A stretch of 64,000 nucleotides of DNA, from assembly GCA_951406725.2 (NCBI GenBank), contig OX597829.1, forward strand, positions 21,328,001 to 21,392,000, in the 5' to 3' direction. Shown in pieces: positions 1 through 10,647 of this stretch. The notes beneath the pieces were generated by a model that saw only the letters and a program-made list of their open reading frames with translations, did not search any database and was not told the origin of the DNA. A program made the position numbers and the translations under genes. Each line of letters starts with the position of its first letter. Within the stretch, counting starts at the first letter, position 1. This DNA comes from Octopus vulgaris (taxonomy: Eukaryota).

Positions 1-749
1 AGTCAGGACCTAAAAATCCCTGAGAAACTGCCTTCTTCCTGGTCATATTGATGTTTCTGTAACTTTGCTTCAATTTCTTCCTTGCGAGGTTTGCTCATCC
101 TACACTATACCATTTTTACAGTGGTGACCAAAAAGTCCTTTTGGTTCTTTTAAGTGAAACACAAAGCAATTTATTCAGTCAATGATATAATCATCGTTTT
201 GTTCCAGTGTCTTTTGCCATCTTGAGGGCAAATCTAGTACTTCCTGCTCAAAGAGTTTCCTGTCTTTGCTGGCAAAAAAACTTTTCCAGGTGAATTTTTA
301 CATCCTTCTTAGAGTTCAATGAATTTTGATGAGACTGGAACAGGTTGTAATCTGAAGGCGCAAGGTCAAGTGAATGTGGAGTGTGTGACAAAACTTCTCA
401 GTCAAGCCCCAGTAACTTCTGCTGCATCTGCAAAGAAGTGTGTGGTCTGGCATTGTCATGATGAAAGACAACGTCCTTATGATCAGCAAGTGCCAGATGC
501 TTCTGGTGGATCACTGCATTTAATTTGTCTTGGTGGTCACAGTGCACATCCAGATTCACAGACCTGTCTGTTGGAAAAAGCTTCCAAAAGGCAACATCCT
601 TCAAATCTTATCAAATTGAAAGTATAGCCTTCTTTGGGTGAAATCCTGCTTTGGAGGTTGTTTGTACTTTGTATTGTTATAGCCAATCCACTTTTTTTAT
701 CCCCTGTTATCATTCTTTTCAAAAAAAAAAAACAAACAAACAAAGGATA

Positions 750-1149
750 GGCGCAGGAGTGGCTGTATGGTAAGTAGCTTGCTTACCAACCACATTGTTC
801 CGGGTTCAGTCCCACTGCATGGCACCTTGGGCAAGTGTCTTCTACTATAGCCTCAGGCTGACCAAAGCCTTGTGAGTGGATTTGGTAGATGGAAACTGAA
901 AGAAGCCCATCATATATATGTATATCTATATGTATATATATGTGTGTGTTTGTACCCCCCAACATTACTTGACAACCGATGGTGGTGTGTTTACGTCCCC
1001 GTAACTTAGTGATTCGGCAAAAGAGACCGATAGAATAAGTACTAGGCTTACAAAGAATAAGTCCTGGGGCTGATTTGCTCGACTAAAGGTGGTGCTCCAG
1101 CATGGCCGCAGTCAAATGACTGAAACAAGTAAAAGAGTAAAAAGAGTAT
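750..1149 (+). mobile_element. tRNA-derived SINE, family A (full length)
   Basis: A-box tggctgtatggt, B-box gggttcagtccc, ccttgggcaagt core, internal TA/TG microsatellite, (aaaagagt)n tail; more than 10 copies in the window. Confidence 0.92.
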
Positions 1150-1376
1150 AAGAGAAATTGTTTTCTACAAGTTTCTGCAATGAATCAAAGATAGAAATAT
1201 GTTGAGGGAGGTTAGCTTCATTCAATTGATGTGGGAACCCAAACATCAAGCTGATGACACAACCAAGTTGATGACACAACCAAGTTGATGCAGATAGTTT
1301 TCAACATTCAGTTTAGATATCTTTGGAATATCCTTGATCATCCTGGTCATATAATGTGAGTTGGTGTCACTGTCAA

Positions 1377-1597
1377 CCCTTTAGCATTCAGATTTCTTAG
1401 TCAATTGTATTGCTTATTAATTTACATTGTTTTTAATTAATCACACATTATCTTGTAGCTTCAAGATTTCAATGGTGTATTTGTATATTTTTTACAATGA
1501 CATTATAGGGTAGATATGAGAGGTCAGATATGGTCAGTTTTAACATAAAACTGGTAGACTATTTGGGCCAAATATGGCCAGATGAAATGCTTAAGAG
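1377..1597. mobile_element. piggyBac-type MITE
   Basis: Ends ccctttagcatt / aatgcttaagag flanked by tcaa and ttaa; an oppositely oriented copy lies at 39527-39741. Confidence 0.75.
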
Positions 1598-2011
1598 TTA
1601 ATCTTAGTTAGCCAGCCAGAGTGAGTGCATCTTCAACCAAAATATTTCTCAATCAAAATCTGGAAAACCGTTTCTGGCACACATGTTCCATAAAGGCATC
1701 CTCTCCATACACAGTGCATATCTTCCTATGCAATTCTGCCAAATTCTTGCTTTCTTTAGATGAAAATAGCATGAGGTGTTGATAATGTTTGTTTTGGTTC
1801 TTCATTTTCAGGGTGATTCCAAACACACAAAATACAATCTATTTCATTGCAAGTACATGTTGAACCACATTAAAGTATCAATGAGTACATATGCACATGG
1901 GACAGACTGAAGTTAGCTACTTGTTAGAGTGCTTAAAGTTTAGTATCAGCAAAAACCAAACAGACTTTTTGGCCAACCTCGAACTTCTCCGAAGAGGTAG
2001 TTCATATTAGT

Positions 2012-2125
2012 CTGACCTCTATCCTTTGACCTGCCCAGCATGGAAAACTCTATCAGGAACTTGTACTTTGCTGGTATAGTCCTCAAAGTCATTGAGGCAT
2101 GCAAGCCACTGCACTACAAGAAGAA
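2012..2125 (-). mobile_element. RTE-clade LINE 5'-end remnant
   Basis: The reverse complement (cttgtagtgcagtggcttgcatgcctcaatgac...ctatacc...ccatgctgggcaggtcaaagg) resembles the 5' region of BovB/RTE elements; recognised from memory only. Confidence 0.5.
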
Positions 2126-2280
2126 CTGGACCTTGTAGTGGCACACTTATAGCAGTCCAAAGTAATTATACTAGCATCATAATTTGGTACTGATGTATTG
2201 TTTCCTTTAACACACATAATGTTGTGGAATGAATCTTTCCTTCTCAAAATAATTTACAATTTAATAAGTAACTTAAATTT

Positions 2281-2449
2281 GGTGAGCTGGCAGAATTGTT
2301 AGCACACTGGGTAAAATGTTTAGCAGCATTTCGTCCATCTTCACATTCTGAGTTCAAATTCCGCCAAGGTTAACTGCGCCTTTCATCCCTTTCAGGATCA
2401 ATAAATAAGTACCAACTGTACACGGTTATTGATGTAATCAACTTACCCA

Positions 2450-2485
<36 letters not shown>

Positions 2486-2525
2486 TCCTTGAAATTGTTG
2501 GCCTTGTGCCAAAATATGAAATCAA
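2281..2525 (+). mobile_element. SINE family B (Meta/MESC-like core), variant tail
   Basis: ggtgagctggcagaattgttagca head, gagttcaaattcc B-box, gcctttcatccctttcaggatcaataaataagtacc core. Confidence 0.85.
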
Positions 2526-2871
2526 TTTAAGTAAAACATGTTTCTTCTCCCTGACTTCAGGATAATTTTTTTAAAACAAATTTAGTAAACCTTGAATAAT
2601 TTTTGGTAAAGCTACTAAAAAGATGTAGTATGGACAGTGTCTTCTATAATATTGAATTGTATATTTTTCAAAAATATTGTGTGCAATTTGTTTCACTATG
2701 ATGAAGCAAATATTTATTCCTAAGTGCTCATATAACTTGTCAGCTCTGTATTTCACAGCACATCTACTAGAGCTTTAACTGCAAATGAAAACTGATACAG
2801 GATATGTGATACTTTATTCCTGGCTAGACACCTCTCAAATATGATAAAATGTACCCATATCATGCTTTATA

Positions 2872-4117
2872 TTGGGTCATCCTATAAATAATGTTTTTTT
2901 TTATACTTCTTTTATTTTTCAAAACTAAGGCAAAGTTCTTTTTTAATCTAAAATATACTCTCTTTCATTTTCTACAATGCTCTTTCATCTATCTGGTAGA
3001 CTTCCAAGTCCCCTCTTCCAAAAAATACTCCTCTAGTACTGTTCTGGCCCCATCTACAGAATTCCTACTTTTTTCATCAAAATGATTTTGAAGACTGCAA
3101 AATAAATAATAATCAGATGGAGCAATGTCTGGTGACATCGTTTCCTATTCAAACAGTTCCAGCCTTTGGAATGTCATCCTCACTGTTTGTGGCTAAGAAT
3201 TATCCTGATGGAAGAACACCTCTTGTCCTGAAATCAAAGATGGTTGTTTTTCTTCTAGCGCTGGCTTAAGCTGCTCATGCTGCTCACAGTAGATCTCCTT
3301 TGTTATTGTTTGGTTTGGGTTTAAAAGTTCAAAGTGGACTAAACCTTTCATATCCTACCAAACAGATAACAACACCTTACATGGGTGAAGACCATTTTTA
3401 GTTTGGGGTGCTGGTGTTTCTCCTTTCCCTACCCACTGTCTTTGGCATTTGACATTTTTTATAGAGAACCCATTTCTTGCCACCAGTCACTATTCAGTTC
3501 AAAAAAGGTTCATTCATGAGACGTGACAGCAAAGAAAAGCAAGCATTCACTCTATGCACATGATTAGACTAAGAAAGTTTGTAAGGAACCCACTGACCCA
3601 ATTTGCTGACTTTTCCAATGGTATGCAGGTGTCAATGAGTGGTTAATGACCAAATCCAAGCTTCTCTGCTAGTTCCTCAGCAGTTACCATGGAATTTTGT
3701 TCCATCAGGGTTTGTAGGATGTCCTTGTCAAGCTCTACAGATCTCCCAGGACGAGGCTCATCTTCTAGGCTGTAGTTTCCAGCTCAGAATTTCCAGAACC
3801 ACTGTTGACACTAGGTTATGTTTAATGTCCACTACCCATATATTGCATTAATATTCTTCACACTTTCCATTGCATTGTTGCCTTTACTGAACTCATAAAG
3901 CAAAATATGCTGAATATGCTCCTTTGTCACTTCCATTATAGTTTTGAAAAAATAACTTAAAATCGAACTGCACTCTTCAAAACTTGCGCTAAGAATAAGA
4001 ACAAGATAAAATTACTACCTGCTTTTATAGCAAGTTGATGCAGGTAGTTTATCCCTTCCCCCTCTGACTTTTAGTTCATGCAATTGAAAAAACTGCATTA
4101 TTTATGGGATGACCCAA
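2872..4117 (-). mobile_element. Full-span decayed mariner element (~1.25 kb)
   Basis: TIRs ttgggtcatcctataaataatg / cattatttatgggatgacccaa, each flanked by TA. Transposase starts at ATG 3936 (MEVTKEHIQHILLYEF); WVPYKL and VTGGKKWVLY motifs; disrupted by stops and frameshifts. Confidence 0.93.
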
Positions 4118-4535
4118 TAGATACATGTTTGGTGAAAGGATGGGCATTCGGCTATAAAAAAAAAACACCATGCTTCTTCTCTTTTTCATAAGTGTCAGAT
4201 AAGGAAGGACTGTGATAGTCCCATCCAAGCCATGCCAATATGGTAAAAGTGACAAATAACAATCGTGGTGGTGATGGCAGTGGTGGTGGTGTCAGCAATG
4301 ATAGCGGCAGTATCACTGATGGTGATAGTGATGTTGATCTTGCATGATTATCTAAGCTTGAGAATAAAGCAATTTTAATACCTATCCCAATGTGGTAAAT
4401 GGCTGCGTAATATTTTGAGCATTGCAGTTGCAGCTGAATTATCAACAGACTTTGCTGGGCATTTTTTTTCTGTAAACTTATAAACTCTTCACCTATTTTA
4501 AACAAAATGTATCAGACAATTTAGGTGCTGTTTAA

Positions 4536-6289
4536 CCCTTTCATTACCAACCCAGCTGAAACAAGCTTTGGCTCTGTAGTACAAATGTCTTGTTTTCATA
4601 AGTTTTGAATTAAAATCTTCCACCAAACCTTAGTCACAATTTATGTTCCTAACACTAGCTTAACCCTTCCTTTACCAAGCCGTCTGAAACCAGCTCTGGC
4701 TCTGTAGTACAAATGTCTTGTTTTCATAAGTTTTGAATTAAAATCTTCCACCAAACCTTAGTCACAATTTATGTTCCTTAGCTTAACCCTTCCTTTACCA
4801 AGCCGTCTGAAACCAGTTCTGGCTCTGTAGTACAAATGTCTTGTTTTCATAAGTTTTGAATTAAAATCTTCCACCAAACCTTAGTCACAATTTATGTTCC
4901 TAACACTAGCTTAACCCTTCCTTTACCAAGCCGTCTGAAACCAGTTCTGGCTCTGTAGTACAAATGTCTTGTTTTCATAAGTTTTGAATTAAAATCTTCC
5001 ACCAAACCTTAGTCACAATTTATGTTCCTAACACTAGCTTAACCCTTCCTTTACCAAGCCGTCTGAAACCAGTTCTGGCTCTGTAGTACAAATGTCTTGC
5101 TTTCATAAGTTTTGAATTAAAATCTTCCACCAAACCTTAGTCACAATTTATGTTCCTAACACTAGCTTAACCCTTCCTTTACCAAGCCGTCTGAAACTGG
5201 CTCTGGCTCTGTAGTACAAATGTCTTGTTTTCATAAGTTTTGAATTAAAATCTTCCACCAAACCTTAGTCACAATTTATGTTCCTAACACTAGCTTAACC
5301 CTTCCTTTACCAAGCCGTCTGAAACCAGCTCTGGCTCTGTAGTACAAATGTCTTGTTTTCATAAGTTTTGAATTAAAATCTTCCACCAAACCTTAGTCAC
5401 AATTTATGTTCCTAACACTAGCTTAACCCTTCCTTTACCAAGCCGTCTGAAACCAGCTCTGGCTCTGTAGTACAAATGTCTTGTTTTCATAAGTTTTGAA
5501 TTAAAATCTTCCACCAAACCTTAGTCACAATTTATGTTCCTAACACTAGCTTAACCTTTCCTTTACCAAGCCGTCTGAAACCAGCTCTGGCTCTGTAGTA
5601 CAAATGTCTTGTTTTCATAAGTTTTGAATTAAAATCTTCCACCAAACCTTAGTCACAATTTATGTTCCTAACACTAGCTTAACCCTTCCTTTACCAAGCC
5701 GTCTGAAACTGGCTCTGGCTCTGTAGTACAAATGTCTTGTTTTCATAAGTTTTGAATTAAAATCTTCCACCAAACCTTAGTCACAATTTATGTTCCTAAC
5801 ACTAGCTTAACCCTTCCTTTACCAAGCCGTCTGAAACTGGCTCTGGCTCTGTAGTACAAATGTCTTGTTTTCATAAGTTTTGAATTAAAATCTTCCACCA
5901 AACCTTAGTCACAATTTATGTTCCTAACACTAGCTTAACCCTTCCTTTACCAAGCCGTCTGAAACCAGTTCTGGCTCTGTAGTACAAATGTCTTGCTTTC
6001 ATAAGTTTTGAATTAAAATCTTCCACCAAACCTTAGTCACAATTTATGTTCCTAACACTAGCTTAACCCTACCTTTACCAAGCCGTCTGAAACTGGCTCT
6101 GGCTCTGTAGTACAAATGTCTTGTTTTCATAAGTTTTTGAATTAAAACCTTCCACCAAACCTTAGTCACAATTTATGTTCCTAACACTAGCTTAATGATA
6201 ACTAAGTTATTTTACTAAATTCTTTGTTACATTTAAAATCAATTGAAAGAAACACAGAGCATCTCAAAATAAATGCTGTAATGAAAGGG
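4536..6289. repeat. piggyBac-type MITE containing a tandem array of 13 x ~128-bp units
   Basis: TTAA at 4532 and 6290; perfect TIR ccctttcattac / gtaatgaaaggg. Unit-initial TTAA at 4532, 4660, 4783, 4911, 5039, 5167, 5295, 5423, 5551, 5679, 5807, 5935, 6063. Confidence 0.95.
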
Positions 6290-6640
6290 TTAATGTTCTG
6301 TCTACACTTATTGCTTAGCTTGTAAACAGACATAGAATGAGGGATGCATTACAGGGAGCATTACCTATCAATCTTGTTGTTACCAGTTACAGAAATCTTT
6401 TAATCCAGTAAACATGTTGAAAACCATCTCAAGTGCAGAAAGGAATGTAAAACATATAAAATGAGTACAAGAATGATGATATCGGTGTCATATATATATT
6501 ATCTGGTTACAGTTATTTCGATAACACACGAGTAAAAAATTTTAACATGGTGGCATCAATACATAAAATGATTCTATGATTTCAGGCAACACTAAATGTA
6601 ATCCAACTCTGTTGTTTCATCATGACCTTTGAAATTATGC

Positions 6641-6678
<38 letters not shown>

Positions 6679-6679
6679 G

Positions 6680-7470
6680 TGACAACAAAAGAATGAGACC
6701 TCGATATAAGGTAAATAGAGGATTATTTATATATGTATAATTTAGGACAATCAGTAAGTTGTCATTATAGTACTCAGAGTTTCGAATGTCAGAGTAAAGA
6801 GTATTAGGAGGAATTTCTCGTTTCAGTGCTTTTACAGATTTCCATGACTCACTGACACCGTCAATTCCATCCATTATAATGAATTTGAACTGGGAGCTTG
6901 AGTCATCGTGAATCTAATTACACAACCATGGACTCCACTGCTATGGGTGCATGCAGTGCTATGAGTGCATTACTCTCTCTTGACAGAGATTGGTGATCCT
7001 GACTGTTGATCTTCTAGGATTCCACTGCTCAGCATCAATGTAAGAAGCACCGTTGTTGGCTCAGTGGAACTCTTGCACTACCTCTTCACAATCTGCCTTG
7101 TTGTAGTCCATGACTTTTATCATATTCCTGGCTGGGTGGCTATGTCTTGTCAAAGGTAGCCTGTAAGCATGCAGGACACAGTCATCATTCTGTGACGTAT
7201 TTCCAAAATACCCGCATACGTTTCTACATACATCTGGGAGTGGCTTAGAGCGTTGTAGCGAGAAATCAATCATTTTTGACATACCTTTAGGAAGGTGCAG
7301 AGTAAACTGATCAAAAGAACAGCAATTATGTAGGCAAGGTAAATTATTGTGGCATGAGTTAATACTAACTAAGGTAAGACAAGAAATGAGTGAAGTAGAT
7401 GACTGTCTAAGCAAAAAGAGGACAGCATTTAAATTATAGTAATACAAACAATGGCATCCAGAAAGGGTCA
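6680..7470 (-). mobile_element. Probable Penelope-like element 3' remnant
   Basis: Minus-strand VVQEFH*ANNGASYID...RSTVRI resembles the GIY-YIG VVYxFxC..CGASYIG..RI motif; followed by a weak CTGA..GAG..GAAAC remnant and an (AAT)n tract. Very decayed. Confidence 0.4.
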
Positions 7471-7705
7471 TTAGTTAAGTGGTGTGTTATGTCAGGAGGA
7501 GCATCAAAGAAGTTAAGAGCATTTGTTATAAAATTCTGTTACCCTTATCTTTTATTTTTGCTTCAATTATTAGACTATGGCGACCAAGCTGGAACACCAC
7601 CACGAAGAATTTTTCATGTTTTCCAATAAACTCTGCTGAGTTATCCTTATTTTTCTTTTTTCTGATTTTTTTTCACATTGTAAAGATAATTCATGGACAT
7701 TGCTA

Positions 7706-7874
7706 GGCATAGGTGTGACTGTGTTGTAAGTAGCTTGCTTACCAACCACATGGTTCCGGGTTCAGTCCCACTGCGTGGCACCTTGGGAAAGTATCTTCTA
7801 CTATAGCCTCGGACTGACCAAAGCCTTGTGAGTGGATTTGGTAGATGGAAACTGAAAGAAGCCCATTGTATATA

Positions 7875-7908
<34 letters not shown>

Positions 7909-7911
7909 CAA

Positions 7912-7952
<41 letters not shown>

Positions 7953-7966
7953 CATATATAATATAT

Positions 7967-8000
<34 letters not shown>

Positions 8001-8216
8001 TTGTGTGTGTATATGTTTGTGTTTGTCCCCCCCCCCCAACATCACTTGACAACCGATGGTGGTATGTTTACATCGCCGTAACTTAGCGGTTCAGCAAAAG
8101 AGACTGATAGAATAAGTACTAGGATTACAAAGAATAAGTCCTGGGGTTGATTTGCTCGACTAAAGGCGGTGCTCCAACATGGCCACAGTCAAATGACTGA
8201 AACAAGTAAAAGAGTA
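7706..8216 (+). mobile_element. SINE family A with expanded internal microsatellite
   Basis: Same head, core and tail as 750-1149; about 150 bp of (TA)n/(CA)n in the middle. Confidence 0.92.
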
Positions 8217-8598
8217 TTGTAATATCAGTTTCAAATTTTGACACAAGGCCAGCAATTTTGGGGGAGGGGGTAAGTCGATTGTATTGATCCCAGTACAGAG
8301 CTGATTCTTATTTTATCAATCTCAAAAGAACAAATGGTAAGGTTGACCTTGGTGGAATCTGAATCTGGACATTGTAATATCAAAGCTTGTTGCATGAGTT
8401 GTGGGCTTTTGTAGTTTGTATGTTACCAAGTTTTAATAATTACGTATATCTGAGATCAGGAAGTGCAACTTCCAGAACTCTTCTGTCTTTTACTTGTTTC
8501 CATCTCTGAACTGTGGTCATACTGGAGCACAACAAATTGGCACCAGTACCTATTTTTCTATGTCTAGAACTTATTTTGTCAGTCTCTTTTTCTGAAAC

Positions 8599-8651
<53 letters not shown>

Positions 8652-8781
8652 ATTTATTTATGTATGTATATATATATATACATACACACACAAGTATATA
8701 TACATATATATACAAAAATATATACACACATATATACATTTTATACTTACACACACACACACACATATATGTACATACATA

Positions 8782-9670
8782 TAGGGTGTTGTGAATAAAC
8801 TGTCTAAATTACGCAGAGATAAAAAATAATACTGACATCTCATTTTAACAGATATATTTACCAAAATTACATAAAAATATCTTGAAATACTAAAGAGTAA
8901 ATTTATTCAATAAAATAGCCATTGCCTTTAACCCTGGCCTCCAGACGACTTCAGAATCTCCTGCCACTCTTCTGGACCATATCCTTGTTTAAGTTGGTGA
9001 ATGCTGCCATAATCCTTGCCTTCAGTTCATCTTTGATGTTACGAGGAGTTTTATTGGTCTCTTGCTCAACTGTGCCCCATACATAATAATCAAGAGGGTT
9101 GCAATCTAGGGAGTTAGGATGGCCAGATGTTAGGAGTGATGTGGTTGCAGAAATTGTTTTCACAGCCATGACTGGGTTCTCTTGCTTGTGTGGTATGGTG
9201 CAGAGTCCTGTTGCCAGATATAGGGTCTTCCAGCAGTCACCCTTTTGACCCAGGGTAGCACTGCCTCCTCCAGGCACTTGATGTAGGCCTTCGTGTTGAG
9301 TCTGAGGTTATGTTGGAAGATGAATAGAGGCATAACGTTGTCATCACTAGTGATAACTCAAAACATCATGATGGTGACTGGAAGTTTGATTTTTATCACT
9401 CTCGGTACGTCCTCAGATTGCACTGTTTGCAGATCGACACCTAAACACTCTGAAATGTTTGAATTGGAGCTTCCAGTATGAATGCCAAACAGTACATCAT
9501 GTCATTTCCAAATCTCTGGCAGAGTGAAATGTGTTATGGTGATGTTTTTTTCATAGTTGGTACCCAACTAATCCTACTATACTCTGTAGTCAAAAAAATC
9601 AAAAACAAATAATGCACATGTGCAAAATTAAAAATATAAAATTGTGACAATTTACCCATTGCATCCACTG
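8782..9670 (-). mobile_element. Internally deleted Tc1/mariner-superfamily (maT/DD37D-like) transposon
   Basis: PNSLDCNPLDYYVWGTVEQETNKTP..KDELKARIMAAF (SPDxNPLD motif); imperfect TIRs tagggtgttgtgaataaactgtc / gacaatttacccattgcatccactg. Confidence 0.85.
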
Positions 9671-10155
9671 TGTGTGTGTGTATATATATGTGTGTGTGAC
9701 AGGTTTCCACACAGTTTCCATCTACCAAATTCATTCACAAATTACCATACTGTCCTTTTGTATGTTTAGAAATATATTGTCCAATTTATCCTTACACATA
9801 AGATAGTACAGTGTGATTTGAGGATCTTGGCTACTATTCCTAGTATGTTGAATGACCATATAAAGGCTGCATATATATGTGTGAAATTACAAATAGCCAG
9901 ATGTTATTAATGTGCATCCAACACCTGGCAATCAGTCCCTGTGTATCCTTTATGAAATAGTTAATTTTATGAAATAAATGTATAACAATTTCAGTTGTGT
10001 CTATTCTCAAAACCATTCCACATTTTATAATTATTATGAAGGTTAAGGATATTGTTCTTCAATTCCAAGCCATTCTTGGTAGGACAGACCTATGATTAAA
10101 GGCATTCTAGCTTTCTCAGATTACATTGTCTGATATGAAATTTTTTTTCTTCAAG

Positions 10156-10310
10156 TAGCAGTAAGGCATGATTTGAAAGTTTTGGTTGCCATTGCTATAA
10201 GATTGCATGAATCAAATAGAGGATCCTTCTTGACTCGGGTTGAGCCAGCTTTTCTCTGCCTGGTTAATAAAGCAAAAAGTTGTGTAATTGGCAAGATTAA
10301 AATGGCTGAG
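10156..10310 (+). CDS. Host gene exon 1 in window (coding, or 5'UTR plus start codon at 10302)
   Basis: Polypyrimidine tract plus AAG acceptor, donor GAG|gtaagg; open frame AVRHDLKVLVAIAIRLHESNRGSFLTRVEPAFLCLVNKAKSCVIGKIKMAE ending in phase 0, compatible with the exon at 25509. ATG 10302 has a strong context (aaaATGG). Confidence 0.65.
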
Positions 10311-10647
10311 GTAAGGTTTTTTTGCTTTTTTTTAAATAAATCTATCATCCACTTCGTCAATTATCACCTGATGTAAAATGTAAAAGCACCAGGAGACATC
10401 CTGACAATGGACAAATTTTATGGGAAGGTGGACAGAAGTAGCAGACATAGCTTTAGCCAAAGGTTTGACATTTTCTGTTTTGTTTGCAAGTAGGATTTGG
10501 AAGAAGATATTTACAAAATTGCTTTGCCTTTAAAGGACTACCGGATCCTAGAATATTTCCATTATTTCTCTCATACTTGGTATTATGATTTTCTGTATGC
10601 TTATGATGGTTATAGATAATTAGCTCTTGGTCTTGTATGTCACTAAT

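Larger units (their letters stand above)
121..1980 (-). mobile_element. Decayed mariner (Tc1/mariner) transposon interrupted by a SINE and a MITE
   Basis: Imperfect TIRs ggtgaccaaaaagtccttttggtt (~123) and aaccaaacagactttttggccaacc (~1955-1978). Minus-strand peptides: MKNQNKHYQHLMLF..ICTVYGEDA (from ~1805), WVPHQL-like (~1225-1240), FLKRMITGDKK, VVFHHDNARPHTSL. Multiple frameshifts. Confidence 0.9.

Noticed and set aside
750-830. tRNA genes at SINE heads
   Set aside because: A/B boxes are present but continue into SINE bodies without a proper cloverleaf.
4532-6192. Regular array as a possible CRISPR locus
   Set aside because: The units are near-identical along their whole length with no unique spacers, there are no cas genes, and the context is eukaryotic.
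7647-8864. ORFs rich in YIYI/HTHT/CVCV (also near 19.4, 24.6, 32-34, 43.9 and 50.4 kb)
   Set aside because: They are translations of dinucleotide microsatellites and SINE sequence.
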